Assembly (NCBI GenBank): GCA_965242695.1
Contig: CBDESU010000001.1
Location: 1,696,001 to 1,760,000 of the forward strand
Source of the DNA: Cenarchaeum sp.
Lineage (GTDB): Archaea; Thermoproteota; Nitrososphaeria; Nitrososphaerales; Nitrosopumilaceae
Direction of reading: 5' to 3'
DNA length: 64,000 bases
Positions 30,001-39,175 of the stretch are shown piece by piece. The stretch's first letter is position 1. Each line of letters begins with the position of its first letter. A model generated the notes under the pieces. It was not told the DNA's origin and did no database searches. It saw only the letters and a program-made list of their open reading frames with translations. The position numbers and the translations under genes were made by a program.

Positions 30001-30679
30001 CCGGGGGGTTCGGCAGCCCTGCCGGTCCTGAACGTGGGGCGCCCTGCCCGGCCGCCGGCGTCCCGCCGGCGTTCGAGCTGCCCGCCGTCGCCGTCCCGAA
30101 CGCCCAGTCCGACGAGTTGGCGCCCGCGCTGCCCGCCGCGCGCGACCACGACCGCAGGTCGCCCGGGCTGTCGCTCAGGCGCGGCGTCTCGTCGACCAGG
30201 CGGCCGACGCCGTCGTGCAGGCGCACGGACGTCATTATGTCTGCAAACCAGGCCGTCCGGTGGTGGAACACGCGAAACTCGCCGGCGGCGATCGACGTGC
30301 CCTCTGGTATCTCCAGCGTGCGCCTGTGCAGGTCGGACGACGATATGGACCACCCGCCGACGTCGACGGGCAGCCTGGACGGGTTGTGCAGCTCGACCCA
30401 CTCTATGACGGCCTTGCGGTCGTCGCCCGGCGGGTTGATCTCGGCCTCGCTTATGACGATGGGGGAGGGCGGGTCGGGGCCGGACTGCGCGTATGCCGCA
30501 GGCAGGATGAGCGCGTCGCGGCCGTGCGGCTCGGCGCCGGCTCCAGCGGTGGCAAGGGCGGCGGCCGCAGGCGCGTAGGCACCCGACTCGCCGGCGGCGC
30601 TGGCGGCCAGGGCGGCCGCCATCGCCACGGCCGCAAGGGCAGCCGTCCCGCGCGCCCGATTCGATGCCGCGCCCCTCAT
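27047..30679 (-). CDS. Large secreted lamin-tail-domain protein with repeated (T/A)D(K/R)xxYxxG(E/D) Ig-like modules
   Basis: IVISEAEINPPGDD...EWVELHNP...VDVGGWSI (LTD) and many TDRASYxPGE repeats; ATG 30679 lies about 25 nt below TTAAAA. Confidence 0.85.
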   Translation of the reverse strand: MRGAASNRARGTAALAAVAMAAALAASAAGESGAYAPAAAALATAGAGAEPHGRDALILPAAYAQSGPDPPSPIVISEAEINPPGDDRKAVIEWVELHNPSRLPVDVGGWSISSSDLHRRTLEIPEGTSIAAGEFRVFHHRTAWFADIMTSVRLHDGVGRLVDETPRLSDSPGDLRSWSRAAGSAGANSSDWAFGTATAGSSNAGGTPAAGQGAPRSGPAGLPNPPVAVGTDRASYELGERITIRGNVSEEARASVPSHSNRGVSIAIEGPSGYERQISVYPDAQLRFFASVRLSAVTGASDGPYTVTASYAGSSASSSFAVGDAGAAAGQGSAGAGSAPAAPPPPPLSISTDRASYRPGETVVVTAAAREVVPYEGLSYKVLGPDGERTDGGLVYPDAAGRFEARLFLNPVGAAYGNHTVAASYGEASASSRFVVARDADSAGRQAVVRTDKASYAPGETVAISGSLGGKWSFALDLELRQVEVESLGRVAVNLVKHDATVRPAGDGSFSYEYRIANGTERVGEYVVRVSDTGVRAEASFRVEPPMAAGPGAAREGRGDAAGAAPSSSPAGPAAQASQVTITTDKAVYEQGSRIVFSGTTIAPKTASLVTNTIEITIVGASGGLASRGQIDDARGAAGSGSAVAAPVAYTLSAVPDAAGNYRVSDTLYASAYGPGTYAVHASYASNRHRAFTAFEVVDSLDIEGDASISVSKSLLAPGETTVVTGIVPGLSQGSGVDITVYKPGGDTDRYGALADRSRFAWEWEAPRTPGVYQAAIKAGPASERIFLKVSDDPASDTLEIPPLSISADRASYGIGDEVVLSGLAREAGALFGGEGPPVRERAKVVVREGAAPFKVIYEYNLGPDSAGYFGTSFDLPIGVFGEGTYSVIATYAKTRAATTFLIEGEGGGADRGASDLSLVVGTDRPEYRPGDTVAVSGSLTRLVSVESVEVTVAREEELRINCGTYSCGSPGSTERVRPDERGRFSRTYEIDSSDDAVGRYVVKATTPFATVSGTFSVVAGPDASDAAHGGAAGGQAQGNGTAQGNATMPGRYTEDFNRIPDAVVAVSASESDVDGTRFVPRALQGLLLAAPRADPSSVDIRLLANATGPGGEEGPICVIGPVADGCLVSGSTRAPGAIYQTVQIGGTDYRVRYSGPDATPEKFAVLPAEAGTAIDIGEWTVEVERPEGAPSWLYYKLTRIATPDSGGAG

Positions 30680-30746
30680 GCCGCCGATCGGCGGCACGGG
30701 CATTTTAAGGCGAGGCCTGCGATAGTTGAGCCGCGGGTCAAGATGT

Positions 30747-31283
30747 TCAGACACGCGCCGCATCGGCGCCGGCTGCCGGGGCGGCCGCATCGGGGCCGGC
30801 ATCCGGCCTTGCCGGCTGCGGCGGGCCGCCGCGAGGCTTCGAGGTGCCGCCAGAGGCCGCATCGGGGCCGGCGCCCGGGCCGCCGGCGGGGGCCGCGCCG
30901 GCATCTGGGCCGCCGCAGTCTGGGCATGCCCCGTCGACGACCCGCTGGCCGCACTCGATGCACAGCCCCTCGCCGACCTGCCGCTCGACTGCCTCTTGCC
31001 GCTTCACGGCGATCATCTTCATCCCAAAGAACAGCGCCGCGCCGATGGCTATCCCCGCCGCGCCGAGGTACATGGCGGCGGCCATCGCGAACAGCACGCT
31101 TGCGGCCAGCAGCACGAGGTCGCGCCTGTAGAACCTCACCGGCCGGCGGCGCGGCCGATTTTTTAAAAGTCTGCCGGCGCTCAGCAGTTCGGTCTCCTCA
31201 CCGTCAGGTCGGCACTCTAACTCGTCTTCACCGCGCGGCGTGGCGGCGGCATGGGCGGCCCGATAAAGGCGTGGCGGCGGCAA
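30747..31283 (-). CDS. Small membrane protein with a C-terminal zinc ribbon (start uncertain)
   Basis: Two hydrophobic segments, then CIECG...CPDC. Confidence 0.55.
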   Translation of the reverse strand: MPPPRLYRAAHAAATPRGEDELECRPDGEETELLSAGRLLKNRPRRRPVRFYRRDLVLLAASVLFAMAAAMYLGAAGIAIGAALFFGMKMIAVKRQEAVERQVGEGLCIECGQRVVDGACPDCGGPDAGAAPAGGPGAGPDAASGGTSKPRGGPPQPARPDAGPDAAAPAAGADAARV

Positions 31284-31307
31284 CGGGGGCGCGATGCCGG
31301 CGATGAA

Positions 31308-31381
31308 TGGGATTGGCAGGATTCGAACCTACGACCTCTGGTACCCAAAACCAGAATCATGCCATGCTAGACTACAATCCC
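31308..31381 (-). tRNA. tRNA-Pro(TGG)
   Basis: Reverse complement GGGATTGTAGTCTAGC...CTGGT-TTTGGGT-ACCAG...GGTTCGAATCC...CAATCCCA. Confidence 0.93.
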
Positions 31382-31511
31382 CGGCAAGCGCCCGCCCGCC
31401 CCCAATTTAAGCGGTATGTGGGCGCCTAGGCGGGCCCCGCCAGAGGCCGCACGCGGCCCGGCGCAGGGCGCCGCGCCAGGCCCCATCGGCCCCGCATCGC
31501 CCCAAGACGGG

Positions 31512-32255
31512 CTAGCCGGCGCGCCGGGCATCCCCGTTCCGGCGGGCCAGCGCTATGCGCCTGCGGGCCATCCTGCAGTACTCGCCGGATATCTCAAAGC
31601 CCATCCACGAGCGGCGCAGCCGCTCGGCCGCGATGGCCGTAGAGCCGGATCCCATGAACGGATCGAGCACCACCCTCGCATTGGTGGCGCCGATGCAGCG
31701 CTCGGCAAGCTCGGCCGGAAACGGGGCCGGGTGGGCGTTGCCGTGCTCTTGCACGATCCGCCATATGTCGCCCAAGCGGCTTGCGCCCTTTTTGAGCCTG
31801 AACCCCGGCTTTGCAATGAGGTAGACCACCTCGTAGGTCGGCAGAAAGTAGCCCGGGTTGAAGTTGATCCCGCCGGCCCTCTGCCATATGATGATCTGCC
31901 TGACTGGAAACCCGGCCACGATGTCTCGCCTGTCCTGCAAGAGGCCGCGCTGGACGCGCCACTTGTGGTTGTAGAATATCGCGCCGTCCTCGGAGAGAAC
32001 CCTCATCATCGACTCTAGGCACCGCCTCTGCCAGTCGACGTACTCGGCGTGCGGCATCGAGTCGCCGTGCCCGTCGTACCCGTCGACTAGCGCCGCCTGC
32101 GGCCACTTGCCGCGGTTGCGGCACCTCAGCCCGTTGCCGGTAGAGTTCTTTATGTTGTACGGAGGCGACGTGACCACCAAGTCGACGCACCCGGCCGGCA
32201 GCCTGCCCATGAGGTCGATGCAGTCGCCTGCCTTCACCCTGTTCAGGACGCCCAT
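31512..32255 (-). CDS. Site-specific DNA methyltransferase (N4C/N6A, beta class), orphan
   Basis: VVTSPPYN catalytic motif precedes HPAPFP and the VLDPFMGSGST SAM-binding motif. Confidence 0.92.
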   Translation of the reverse strand: MGVLNRVKAGDCIDLMGRLPAGCVDLVVTSPPYNIKNSTGNGLRCRNRGKWPQAALVDGYDGHGDSMPHAEYVDWQRRCLESMMRVLSEDGAIFYNHKWRVQRGLLQDRRDIVAGFPVRQIIIWQRAGGINFNPGYFLPTYEVVYLIAKPGFRLKKGASRLGDIWRIVQEHGNAHPAPFPAELAERCIGATNARVVLDPFMGSGSTAIAAERLRRSWMGFEISGEYCRMARRRIALARRNGDARRAG

Positions 32256-32268
32256 GTCCCCTAGGCGG

Positions 32269-32376
32269 GACGCCCCTACTGCCATGCGCGCCGCCCCGCT
32301 TCCGCCCCGACGGCCGGTTTGCCCTCGCGTTCGGCGAGTCGACGCCCCTACTGCCATGCGCGCCGCCCCGCTTCCG
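32269..32376. repeat. Two identical 36-bp direct repeats separated by 36 bp of unique sequence
   Basis: GACGCCCCTACTGCCATGCGCGCCGCCCCGCTTCCG at 32269 and 32341. Confidence 0.85.
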
Positions 32377-32730
32377 AAGCTGGCCGGCGCGCGGGGCCGA
32401 TGCGGCCCGCATTCCGCCAGAACCCTGGGATCGATCCGCCCGGCGGGGCGCGCCCCTGCCCGAACGCGCGCTGCGCGCGGCCTCTGCCCCGCGCGCCGCC
32501 CCGCATCGCCCGCATGCCGCCGCCCGCGCATGTTCGGTTATAATGCATGCCGAATTGCGGCGAGGGGCCCCCTGCCCCAACGCGCCGCGGCAGGGCGCGG
32601 CCCGCAGCCCGCGGCTCATTCCCCGCAGCGGCGGGCAGGGCCGGTTCCCGGCCGCCGCATGCCCGCGTTCGGCCGCGCGGCGCGCCACCCATGGTGCCAT
32701 TAAATAGAGGCGCGAGGCCGCCGACGTATC

Positions 32731-33660
32731 GTGGAAGTCGGGGACTATGCGCGGGCCGGCGCGATAGCGGCCAGGGTGCGCGAGGACGTCCGCTCCAGGG
32801 AATGGGCCGGCAGGACCGCCCTCGAGGTGTGCGAGTACGCAGAGTCCGAGATACGCCGCCTCGGCGCAAGGTGCGCGTTTCCGGTCAACGTGAGCATCAA
32901 CGAGGTCGCCGCCCACTACACGGCCGAGCCCGGCGACGAGCTGGCCATAGGGGGGTCCGACACCGTAAAGATAGACCTCGGCGCGCAGATCAACGGCCAC
33001 ATTGCAGACACGGCCGTCACCGTAAACTACGACCCCGCGTACGACGGGATGGTCGCCGCGGCCGAAGAGGCCCTCGAGGCGGCCATGTCGGCCGCAAGGG
33101 CCGGCGCAAGGGCCGGCGACCTGGGCAGGGCCATCGAGACGACCGTCAGGGACAGGGGATACCGCCCCATATCGAACCTGAGCGGCCACTCGCTCGACAC
33201 GTACACCATACACGCGGGGCGGTCGATACCCAACCTCAGGCCGCAGTGGCCGGCCAAGACGTTTTCGCTCTCGGCATCGGATGCGTACGCCTGCGAGCCG
33301 TTCGTGACGACGCAGGACGGCGCCGGAATAGTCCGCGAGGGCAAGGCGAAAAACATCTACGCGATCATCGGCCGTCGCAACACAAAGGATGCAGAGGCGG
33401 ACCGCATGCTGTCGTACATATGGGACAGCTTCAACATGCTGCCGTTCGCGCTGCGGTGGCTCGTCGGTGAGTGGGAAGAGGCCGAGGCGAGGAGGCTCCT
33501 CGGCGTGCTCGTCTCCAAAAAGGCCGTAAAGGCGTACCCCGTTTTGGTCGAGGTCGCCGGCGAGCGCGTCGCGCAGGCCGAGCACACGTTCATACCAGGC
33601 GAGGACGGGCCCACCGTGACGACGGCGGCGTCCGCGGCCGGCGCCGCGGCGGCCGGATAG
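32731..33660 (+). CDS. map: Methionine aminopeptidase type II
   Basis: AFPVNVSINEVAAHY, KIDLGAQINGHIADTA, NLSGH, EPF and AQAEHT motifs; TTAAATA at 32700. Confidence 0.95.
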   Translation: MEVGDYARAGAIAARVREDVRSREWAGRTALEVCEYAESEIRRLGARCAFPVNVSINEVAAHYTAEPGDELAIGGSDTVKIDLGAQINGHIADTAVTVNYDPAYDGMVAAAEEALEAAMSAARAGARAGDLGRAIETTVRDRGYRPISNLSGHSLDTYTIHAGRSIPNLRPQWPAKTFSLSASDAYACEPFVTTQDGAGIVREGKAKNIYAIIGRRNTKDAEADRMLSYIWDSFNMLPFALRWLVGEWEEAEARRLLGVLVSKKAVKAYPVLVEVAGERVAQAEHTFIPGEDGPTVTTAASAAGAAAAG

Positions 33661-33670
33661 CTGCCGCGGG

Positions 33671-33877
33671 CTATTCCTTGCGCGGGGCCCCGCCCGGCGC
33701 CTCGCCGAATATGCGGTCTATCGAAGAGCCGGCGCCGCAGCCGCCGCACCTGCCGGCCTCGGCGAACAGGACGTCGCCTGCCCGAAACGGCCTCTTTTTC
33801 TCGGCGCCGCAGCCGCCGCACCTCTCGACCGTGAACGCCTCCGCCTCGTCGCCCTTTTCGCCTGCGAACGGGAACAC
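33671..33877 (-). CDS. Small zinc-ribbon protein (2x CxxC)
   Basis: GTG overlaps the upstream stop; TVERCGGC..KRPFRAGD..CGGC..IDRIFGE. Confidence 0.7.
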   Translation of the reverse strand: MFPFAGEKGDEAEAFTVERCGGCGAEKKRPFRAGDVLFAEAGRCGGCGAGSSIDRIFGEAPGGAPRKE

Positions 33878-35067
33878 TACTGCGGCACCCCCGACGTGTT
33901 GCCGACCCCGACGATCAGGACCGCCTGCCCCTCGTCCGTGTTGTCGGCGACCATCCGCCGCACGCGCGAGCGCACGTCGGCCGCAGACTCGGCGATCTCG
34001 CGCGTCATGAGGCCGACGGCATCCTTGACCGACTGCTTTACGACGACGGCAAGGACGGGCACGCCCCGGGCCGCGGCGGCCTCTTCTATGCGGAACCGCT
34101 CGGTCCCGATGCCGCCGATGGCCGCGCCAAACCCCTGCGCTATGCTCGCCGACTCCTCTCCCTCCATCTTGAGGGCCGCATCGACCATTATGATCAAGTC
34201 GATCTTGGCGCCCGACGAGAGGATGGCCTCGACGCCCTCGCCCGGCCTGCCGACCGTCGAGTCGGGCCCCCGCGCCTTGATCAGGTGCGCGGCGCGCCCG
34301 TCGATCGCCCCCTCGGCGGCGACCGTCTGGAACGCCACCTCCCGCTTCTCGAGGCCTGCCATCATCGAGCCGACGACCATCGGCCCGATGCCGTCTCCGA
34401 CCGGCTGGCCGGCCTTGAAGGCAGGAACTGCCCCCCTCATGGCGGCGGCCTGCTCCATTACGAACGGCAGGGCCATCTGCAGCGGCAGTATGAGCGGAAA
34501 GTTCTTTTGCTTCTTGGCCGTGAGGTACATGTGGTTGACGGTGCGGTGCAGTAGGCGCAGGACGGTGGCTATCTCTAGCAGCGTCTGGACGCGCGACAGC
34601 TCGCCGTCGCCGATGCCGGGGCACAGCAGCTTTACGTGCCTGCGCGTGTAATCCTCGCGCGATCGCACCACCTGCTCTATCTTTGGGACTATACCCGAGG
34701 GATCCATGTCGGCCGGCATTATCGTAAAGTAGTCTAGCAGCGTGTCTATTTGGCCGGCAAGCCCGTCAGCCGAGCCGCCGCAGGATCCCGCATCCGGCCC
34801 GCTCCCGGCGCCGCCGCCCCGGCCCCCGACGGCTGCCCCGCCGATCACCCTGCGGACGTACGCCACGAGCTCGTCGCGCGACTCCGAGCCGTAGGCGTCG
34901 AGGCGCTTTATCCCCTTTCGTATCTCGCCGGACGTGACCATCAGCTGTATGCGCTGCCCGTAAAAGACGAACAGTATGATCGGCAGTATCCACACGAGCA
35001 TCATCAGCGGGTTCGAGTCGTCGCCCATGCCGAGCAGCTCGTCGATGTCGAAGCTGAGCAGGTCCAC
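33877..35067 (-). CDS. DUF1512 family protein
   Basis: PADMDPSGIV, PVGDGIGP, VDAALKMEGE, GAAIGG and GVGNT motifs. Confidence 0.85.
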   Translation of the reverse strand: MDLLSFDIDELLGMGDDSNPLMMLVWILPIILFVFYGQRIQLMVTSGEIRKGIKRLDAYGSESRDELVAYVRRVIGGAAVGGRGGGAGSGPDAGSCGGSADGLAGQIDTLLDYFTIMPADMDPSGIVPKIEQVVRSREDYTRRHVKLLCPGIGDGELSRVQTLLEIATVLRLLHRTVNHMYLTAKKQKNFPLILPLQMALPFVMEQAAAMRGAVPAFKAGQPVGDGIGPMVVGSMMAGLEKREVAFQTVAAEGAIDGRAAHLIKARGPDSTVGRPGEGVEAILSSGAKIDLIIMVDAALKMEGEESASIAQGFGAAIGGIGTERFRIEEAAAARGVPVLAVVVKQSVKDAVGLMTREIAESAADVRSRVRRMVADNTDEGQAVLIVGVGNTSGVPQ

Positions 35068-35341
35068 GCCGCCCCGTTGCAGGGGGCGGATTTAACCCTT
35101 CGATCGGCAGGGTGGTGGGGGGGAGGAGTGCGATGCCGCGCGGGTGCCGCCGGCTCGTCGGGCCTGGCCGATCCAAGGCCGGGAGGCGGCGCGGTGCGGG
35201 CGGCGTTGCGGCGGGGTGCCAACGCCGCAGGAAGAGCGCGCAAGGGCGGCGATCGCCCGGTGGCGGGTGCCAGAAGAGGGCGGCGCGGGCGGGAGGGTGT
35301 CGATGTGGTGCGGCGGGCGGATGGCAGGCGCAGGGCGCCGC

Positions 35342-35562
35342 GCCCGACAGGACTCGCGTGGAGGGGGTGCACGGCAGTACGGTACAGCGCAGCCCGAACC
35401 TGCCGCCGTGCCCGACAGGATCCGCGCGGAGGGGAGTGCATGGCAGTACGGTACAGCGCAGCCCGAACCTGCCGCCGTGCCCGACAGGATCCGCGTGGAG
35501 GGGGTGCACGGCAGTACGGTACAGCGCAGCCCGAACCTGCCGCCGTGCCCGACAGGATCCGC
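35342..35562. repeat. Intergenic 68-69-bp tandem repeat, about 3.2 copies
   Basis: gcccgacagga recurs at 35342, 35410, 35479 and 35547. Confidence 0.9.
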
Positions 35563-35805
35563 CTAGCTGGAGGGAGGTCGGCGGACGGCACTCGGGCTGG
35601 CGCGGGGCGGGCTGACGGCCCCCACCCCACCCCACCCCACCCCCCCCCCCACTCTCCCTAGTGCGGGACGCTCCTAGGCGGCCCTGCCGCCGCCCGCGCA
35701 TGGTAGGCGGGCCCGCCCGCCCGCAGCCGCCGCCGCCGCCGCGCCGCGCTAGCGGGGCGTGCAGGGCCAAGAGCAGGTCAAACGCGGCGCTTATATTGCG
35801 AGTCC

Positions 35806-35813
35806 TTTTATAT
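35806..35813 (+). promoter_or_regulatory. Putative TATA box of tbp
   Basis: TTTTATAT about 25 nt upstream of the TTG start. Confidence 0.55.
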
Positions 35814-35835
35814 GGTTTAATAGGCGCGCGGCCGG

Positions 35836-36396
35836 TTGCCCCAAACCAAGCCAATCGTGAGCGTCGAGAACGTTGTAGCGTCCGCCTCTGTAGACCAAAA
35901 GATGGACCTCAACGAGATCACCCGCACGTTCCCGGACGTAGAGTACCACCCCGACCAGTTCCCGGGCCTCGTCTTCAGGCTAAAGGTGCCAAAGACGGCC
36001 ACGCTCATCTTCACGTCGGGCAAGATGGTCTGCACGGGCTCAAAGTCCGAGGAGATGGCGCACAGGGCCGTCAAGACGGTGGTACAAAAGCTCCGCAAGG
36101 GCGGCATCAAGATCAAGAAGGACGCCGTCGTCGAGGTGCAGAACATCGTCGCCTCGATAAACCTAGGCGGCCGCATACACCTAGAGCAGGCGGCCAGGAC
36201 GCTGCCTAGGAGCATGTACGAGCCAGAGCAGTTCCCCGGCCTCATACACCGCATGGTGGACCCAAAGACGGTCATACTGCTGTTCTCGTCGGGCAAGCTC
36301 GTCTGCACGGGCGCCAAGAAGGAAAAGGACGTGTACAGGTCGGTCAACCAGCTCCACGCCCTGCTAGAGGAAAAGGACCTGATGATCTACAGCTAG
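35836..36396 (+). CDS. tbp: TATA-box-binding protein
   Basis: Two TBP repeats: ENVVAS..YHPDQFPGLVFR..IFTSGKMVCTG and QNIVAS..YEPEQFPGLIHR..LFSSGKLVCTG. Confidence 0.97.
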   Translation: MPQTKPIVSVENVVASASVDQKMDLNEITRTFPDVEYHPDQFPGLVFRLKVPKTATLIFTSGKMVCTGSKSEEMAHRAVKTVVQKLRKGGIKIKKDAVVEVQNIVASINLGGRIHLEQAARTLPRSMYEPEQFPGLIHRMVDPKTVILLFSSGKLVCTGAKKEKDVYRSVNQLHALLEEKDLMIYS

Positions 36397-36414
36397 GGCG
36401 GCGCGCCCCCGCGC

Positions 36415-36658
36415 GGGCCGCCTAGCGCACAGGGCTGCCAGGCGGGGCCGCCTAGCGCACAGGGCTGCCAGGCGGGGCCGCCTAGCGCACAGGGCTGCCA
36501 GGCGGGGCCGCCTAGCGCACAGGGCTGCCAGGCGGGGCCGCCTAGCGCACAGGGCTGCCAGGCGGGGCCGCCTAGCGCACAGGGCTGCCAGGCGGGGCCG
36601 CCTAGCGCACAGGGCTGCCAGGCGGGGCCGCCTAGCGCACAGGGCTGCCAGGCGGGGC
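36415..36658. repeat. Perfect 30-bp tandem repeat, 8 copies, spanning the stop codon of the tRNA-binding protein gene
   Basis: cctagcgcacagggctgccaggcggggccg every 30 bp from 36421 to 36631. Confidence 0.95.
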
Positions 36659-37009
36659 AGGCTCCGCCCCGCCGCCCGGCGGGGATGCGGCCAGCCAGTG
36701 GGGCACGCCGTCCACGTCGGCCGCTAGCAACATCGCCCTCGACTCGACGCCGGCAAGCCGGCGGGGCTCGAGGTTGGCCACCACTACTACCGACCGGCCG
36801 GCCAGGTCGCCGGCCGCATAGTGCTCGGCTCCGCCGATTATGACGTCCCGCACGTCGCCGCCGCCCAGGTCGGCGCGCCCCCTCACTATCCGCGTCTTGC
36901 CAGGTATCGGCTCGACCGAGACGATGCGGGCCACCCTCATGTCGAGCCTTGCAAAGTCGTCGTACGAGACGATCGGCTTGGCCGCGTCTGCCTCCTCCTG
37001 CCCTGACAC
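36632..37009 (-). CDS. tRNA-binding domain protein (CsaA/Trbp111/MetRS C-terminal-like)
   Basis: DDFARLDMRVARI and VVVANLEPRRLAGVESRAMLLAA motifs. Confidence 0.9.
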   Translation of the reverse strand: MSGQEEADAAKPIVSYDDFARLDMRVARIVSVEPIPGKTRIVRGRADLGGGDVRDVIIGGAEHYAAGDLAGRSVVVVANLEPRRLAGVESRAMLLAADVDGVPHWLAASPPGGGAEPAPPGSPVR

Positions 37010-37215
37010 GGGGGCGCGGCCGCACGGCCCACGTTAAAGTGTCGCGCACGGGCATCCGGCGCGCGGCCGGCGGCGCCCAAAGCGAAAAGTGGCTGCAAGG
37101 GAAGAGTGGCAGGATGCCCGGGGTGGGAGTTAGGACCCCATTAGCAGGCTGCCCCTTGCAACCGCAGGGGCGCGCGTGCAATCCCATATATTCAATGCGG
37201 CCGCCGCCCGCCCGC

Positions 37216-37692
37216 ATGGTGTCCGTGCGGGCCGAGGCGCGCATACGGGCCCCGCCCGAGGAGGTATGGGCGATAGTATCCGACCTTGACGGGGAGCCGA
37301 GGTACTGGAGGGGGACAAGGTCCGTCAGGAACGTCTCCGAGTCCGGCGGCGTCGTGACGAGGGAGATCACCATCGCGTTCCGCGGCAAAAAGTGCATGCA
37401 GGAGGTGACCGTCGTCCCCATGGAGCGCATCGAGGCAGTCTTTACCGAGGGCGTCATGCGGGGGACAAAGGTCCTGAGCATGCGCGCCGAGGAGTGGCAG
37501 GGCGGCGGAGTCACGGTGCTAGAGGCCGCGTGGGACGTCGGGCTTGCCGGCATGATGGGCATGTTCGACGGCGCCGTCGGCAGGCACATCAGGGGCGGCA
37601 CCGAGCAGGCCCTGGCGGCAATAAAGGAAGAGGCCGAGCGGCGGGCAAGGGCGGGCAAGGGCGGGCCGAGTGCGGAGGTCGCAGGCGGCTGA
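37216..37692 (+). CDS. SRPBCC (polyketide cyclase/START-like) family protein
   Basis: IRAPPEEVWAIVSDL..PRYW and a C-terminal helix ALAAIKEEAE. Confidence 0.85.
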   Translation: MVSVRAEARIRAPPEEVWAIVSDLDGEPRYWRGTRSVRNVSESGGVVTREITIAFRGKKCMQEVTVVPMERIEAVFTEGVMRGTKVLSMRAEEWQGGGVTVLEAAWDVGLAGMMGMFDGAVGRHIRGGTEQALAAIKEEAERRARAGKGGPSAEVAGG

Positions 37693-37735
37693 TGGCCGCG
37701 GGCGGCGCCAGTGGCGGCGCGGGGGTGCGGGCGGC

Positions 37736-39007
37736 ATGCTGACGGCGCTTGATGCGATCGTGTACTTTCTGGCCGCGGCCATGGCCGGCGTGGCAGGCGT
37801 CTGGGTGTGGCTCTTGTGGTCCATGGTAGAGTCCCACAGGAAGACGCCGCGCCTCGGGCGCATCGCCGGCGCGCCCGCCCCCGGGGGCGAGGGGGAGGGG
37901 GCGGGGGGCGGGGGCGATGCGCCCCTCCCCAGGGTGTCGGTCATACTGCCGGCGCGCAACGAGGAAGGCTACATCGGCAGGTGCCTCGACTCGCTGTCTA
38001 CCCAAGAGTACCCGGACTTCGAGGTCGTCGCCGTCGACGACTCGTCGGACGATGCGACGGGGCGAATCATAGCGGGCAGGGCGGCGGCCGACCCGCGCAT
38101 AGTGCACGTAAGCGCAAGGCCCAAGCCGGACGGGTGGATGGGCAAGAACTGGGCGTGCATGGAGGGGTACGCGAGGGCGTCGGGCGAGCTGCTGCTGTTC
38201 ACCGACTCGGACACCGTCCACTCGCCGCGCGCGATGCCGCTTGCCGTGTCGGCCCTGCTCGGCGGCGGCCTGGATGCGGTCACCGTCATTCCGCGCCTCG
38301 TGTGCAGGGACGCCTGGACGCGCGCAACGCTCCCCGTGATCTCTACGTTCCTGCACACGAGGTTCTCGGCCCTGCGCGTAAACGACCCGTCAAAGAAGAC
38401 GGGGTACTTTTTCGGCAGCTTTTTCATGATGAGGAGGAGGGCGTACGAGGCGGCCGGAACGCACGAGGGCGTGCGCGGCGAGATCATAGAGGACGGCGCG
38501 CTGGGAAGAAAGGTCAAGGAGTCTGGGATGCCGATGCTCATGGCGCTCGGCGACGACCTGGTCGACGCCGTCTGGGCCCGCGACCGCGGGACGCTCTGGG
38601 ACGGCCTCAAGAGGCTCATGGTCCCGCTGTACCTGCAGGACAGGCGGTCGGCATTCGGCGTCATGGCCGCCGTCGCCGCCCTGCTGCTGCTGCCGTTCGC
38701 GCTGCTCGGCGCCTCGGGCGTGGCCCTGGCGTGGGGGTGGGAGGAGGAAGGCGGCGGCGCGGCCCTGCAGGCACTGCTCGCCCTGTCGCTTGCCGCATCC
38801 TGCCTGGTGCATGCGGGCGCGGCCGTAGAGTCTGTCGTGCTGCGCGTAGGGCTGCGGTACGCGGCGCTGTGCGCCGCGGGGTGCGCCGCTGTCGTGCTCG
38901 GATTCCAGGCGGGGCTGATCAAGGCAAGGAGCGACGGCGCGGTCGTCTGGCGCGGAAGAAGGTACTCTGCGTCGGACCACGCCGCGTCCGACTCGATAAG
39001 GGTGTAG
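37736..39007 (+). CDS. Membrane glycosyltransferase family 2
   Basis: VSVILPARNEE, VDDSSDD, GWMGKNWA, FTDSD, IIEDG and WRGR motifs. Confidence 0.92.
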   Translation: MLTALDAIVYFLAAAMAGVAGVWVWLLWSMVESHRKTPRLGRIAGAPAPGGEGEGAGGGGDAPLPRVSVILPARNEEGYIGRCLDSLSTQEYPDFEVVAVDDSSDDATGRIIAGRAAADPRIVHVSARPKPDGWMGKNWACMEGYARASGELLLFTDSDTVHSPRAMPLAVSALLGGGLDAVTVIPRLVCRDAWTRATLPVISTFLHTRFSALRVNDPSKKTGYFFGSFFMMRRRAYEAAGTHEGVRGEIIEDGALGRKVKESGMPMLMALGDDLVDAVWARDRGTLWDGLKRLMVPLYLQDRRSAFGVMAAVAALLLLPFALLGASGVALAWGWEEEGGGAALQALLALSLAASCLVHAGAAVESVVLRVGLRYAALCAAGCAAVVLGFQAGLIKARSDGAVVWRGRRYSASDHAASDSIRV

Positions 39008-39175
39008 CCGCGGGGGCCAGCCGCAGATTGAAGGAAGGCGCCCGCCCTCCCCTCGCCCCGGCCCGCCCCGGCCCTCCGAGCGCGGCGCATGCGCCTGCGG
39101 CGATTGCCAACTTGGACGAGCGCCAGCGGCGGGGGCGCGGAAAAGGCATTATTACCCCAGGCGGTCGGCAATTGC

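Noticed and set aside
36393-37658. 421-aa minus-strand ORF with a repeated PAWQPCALGG tail
   Set aside because: Read-through of the 30-bp VNTR; overlaps two real genes
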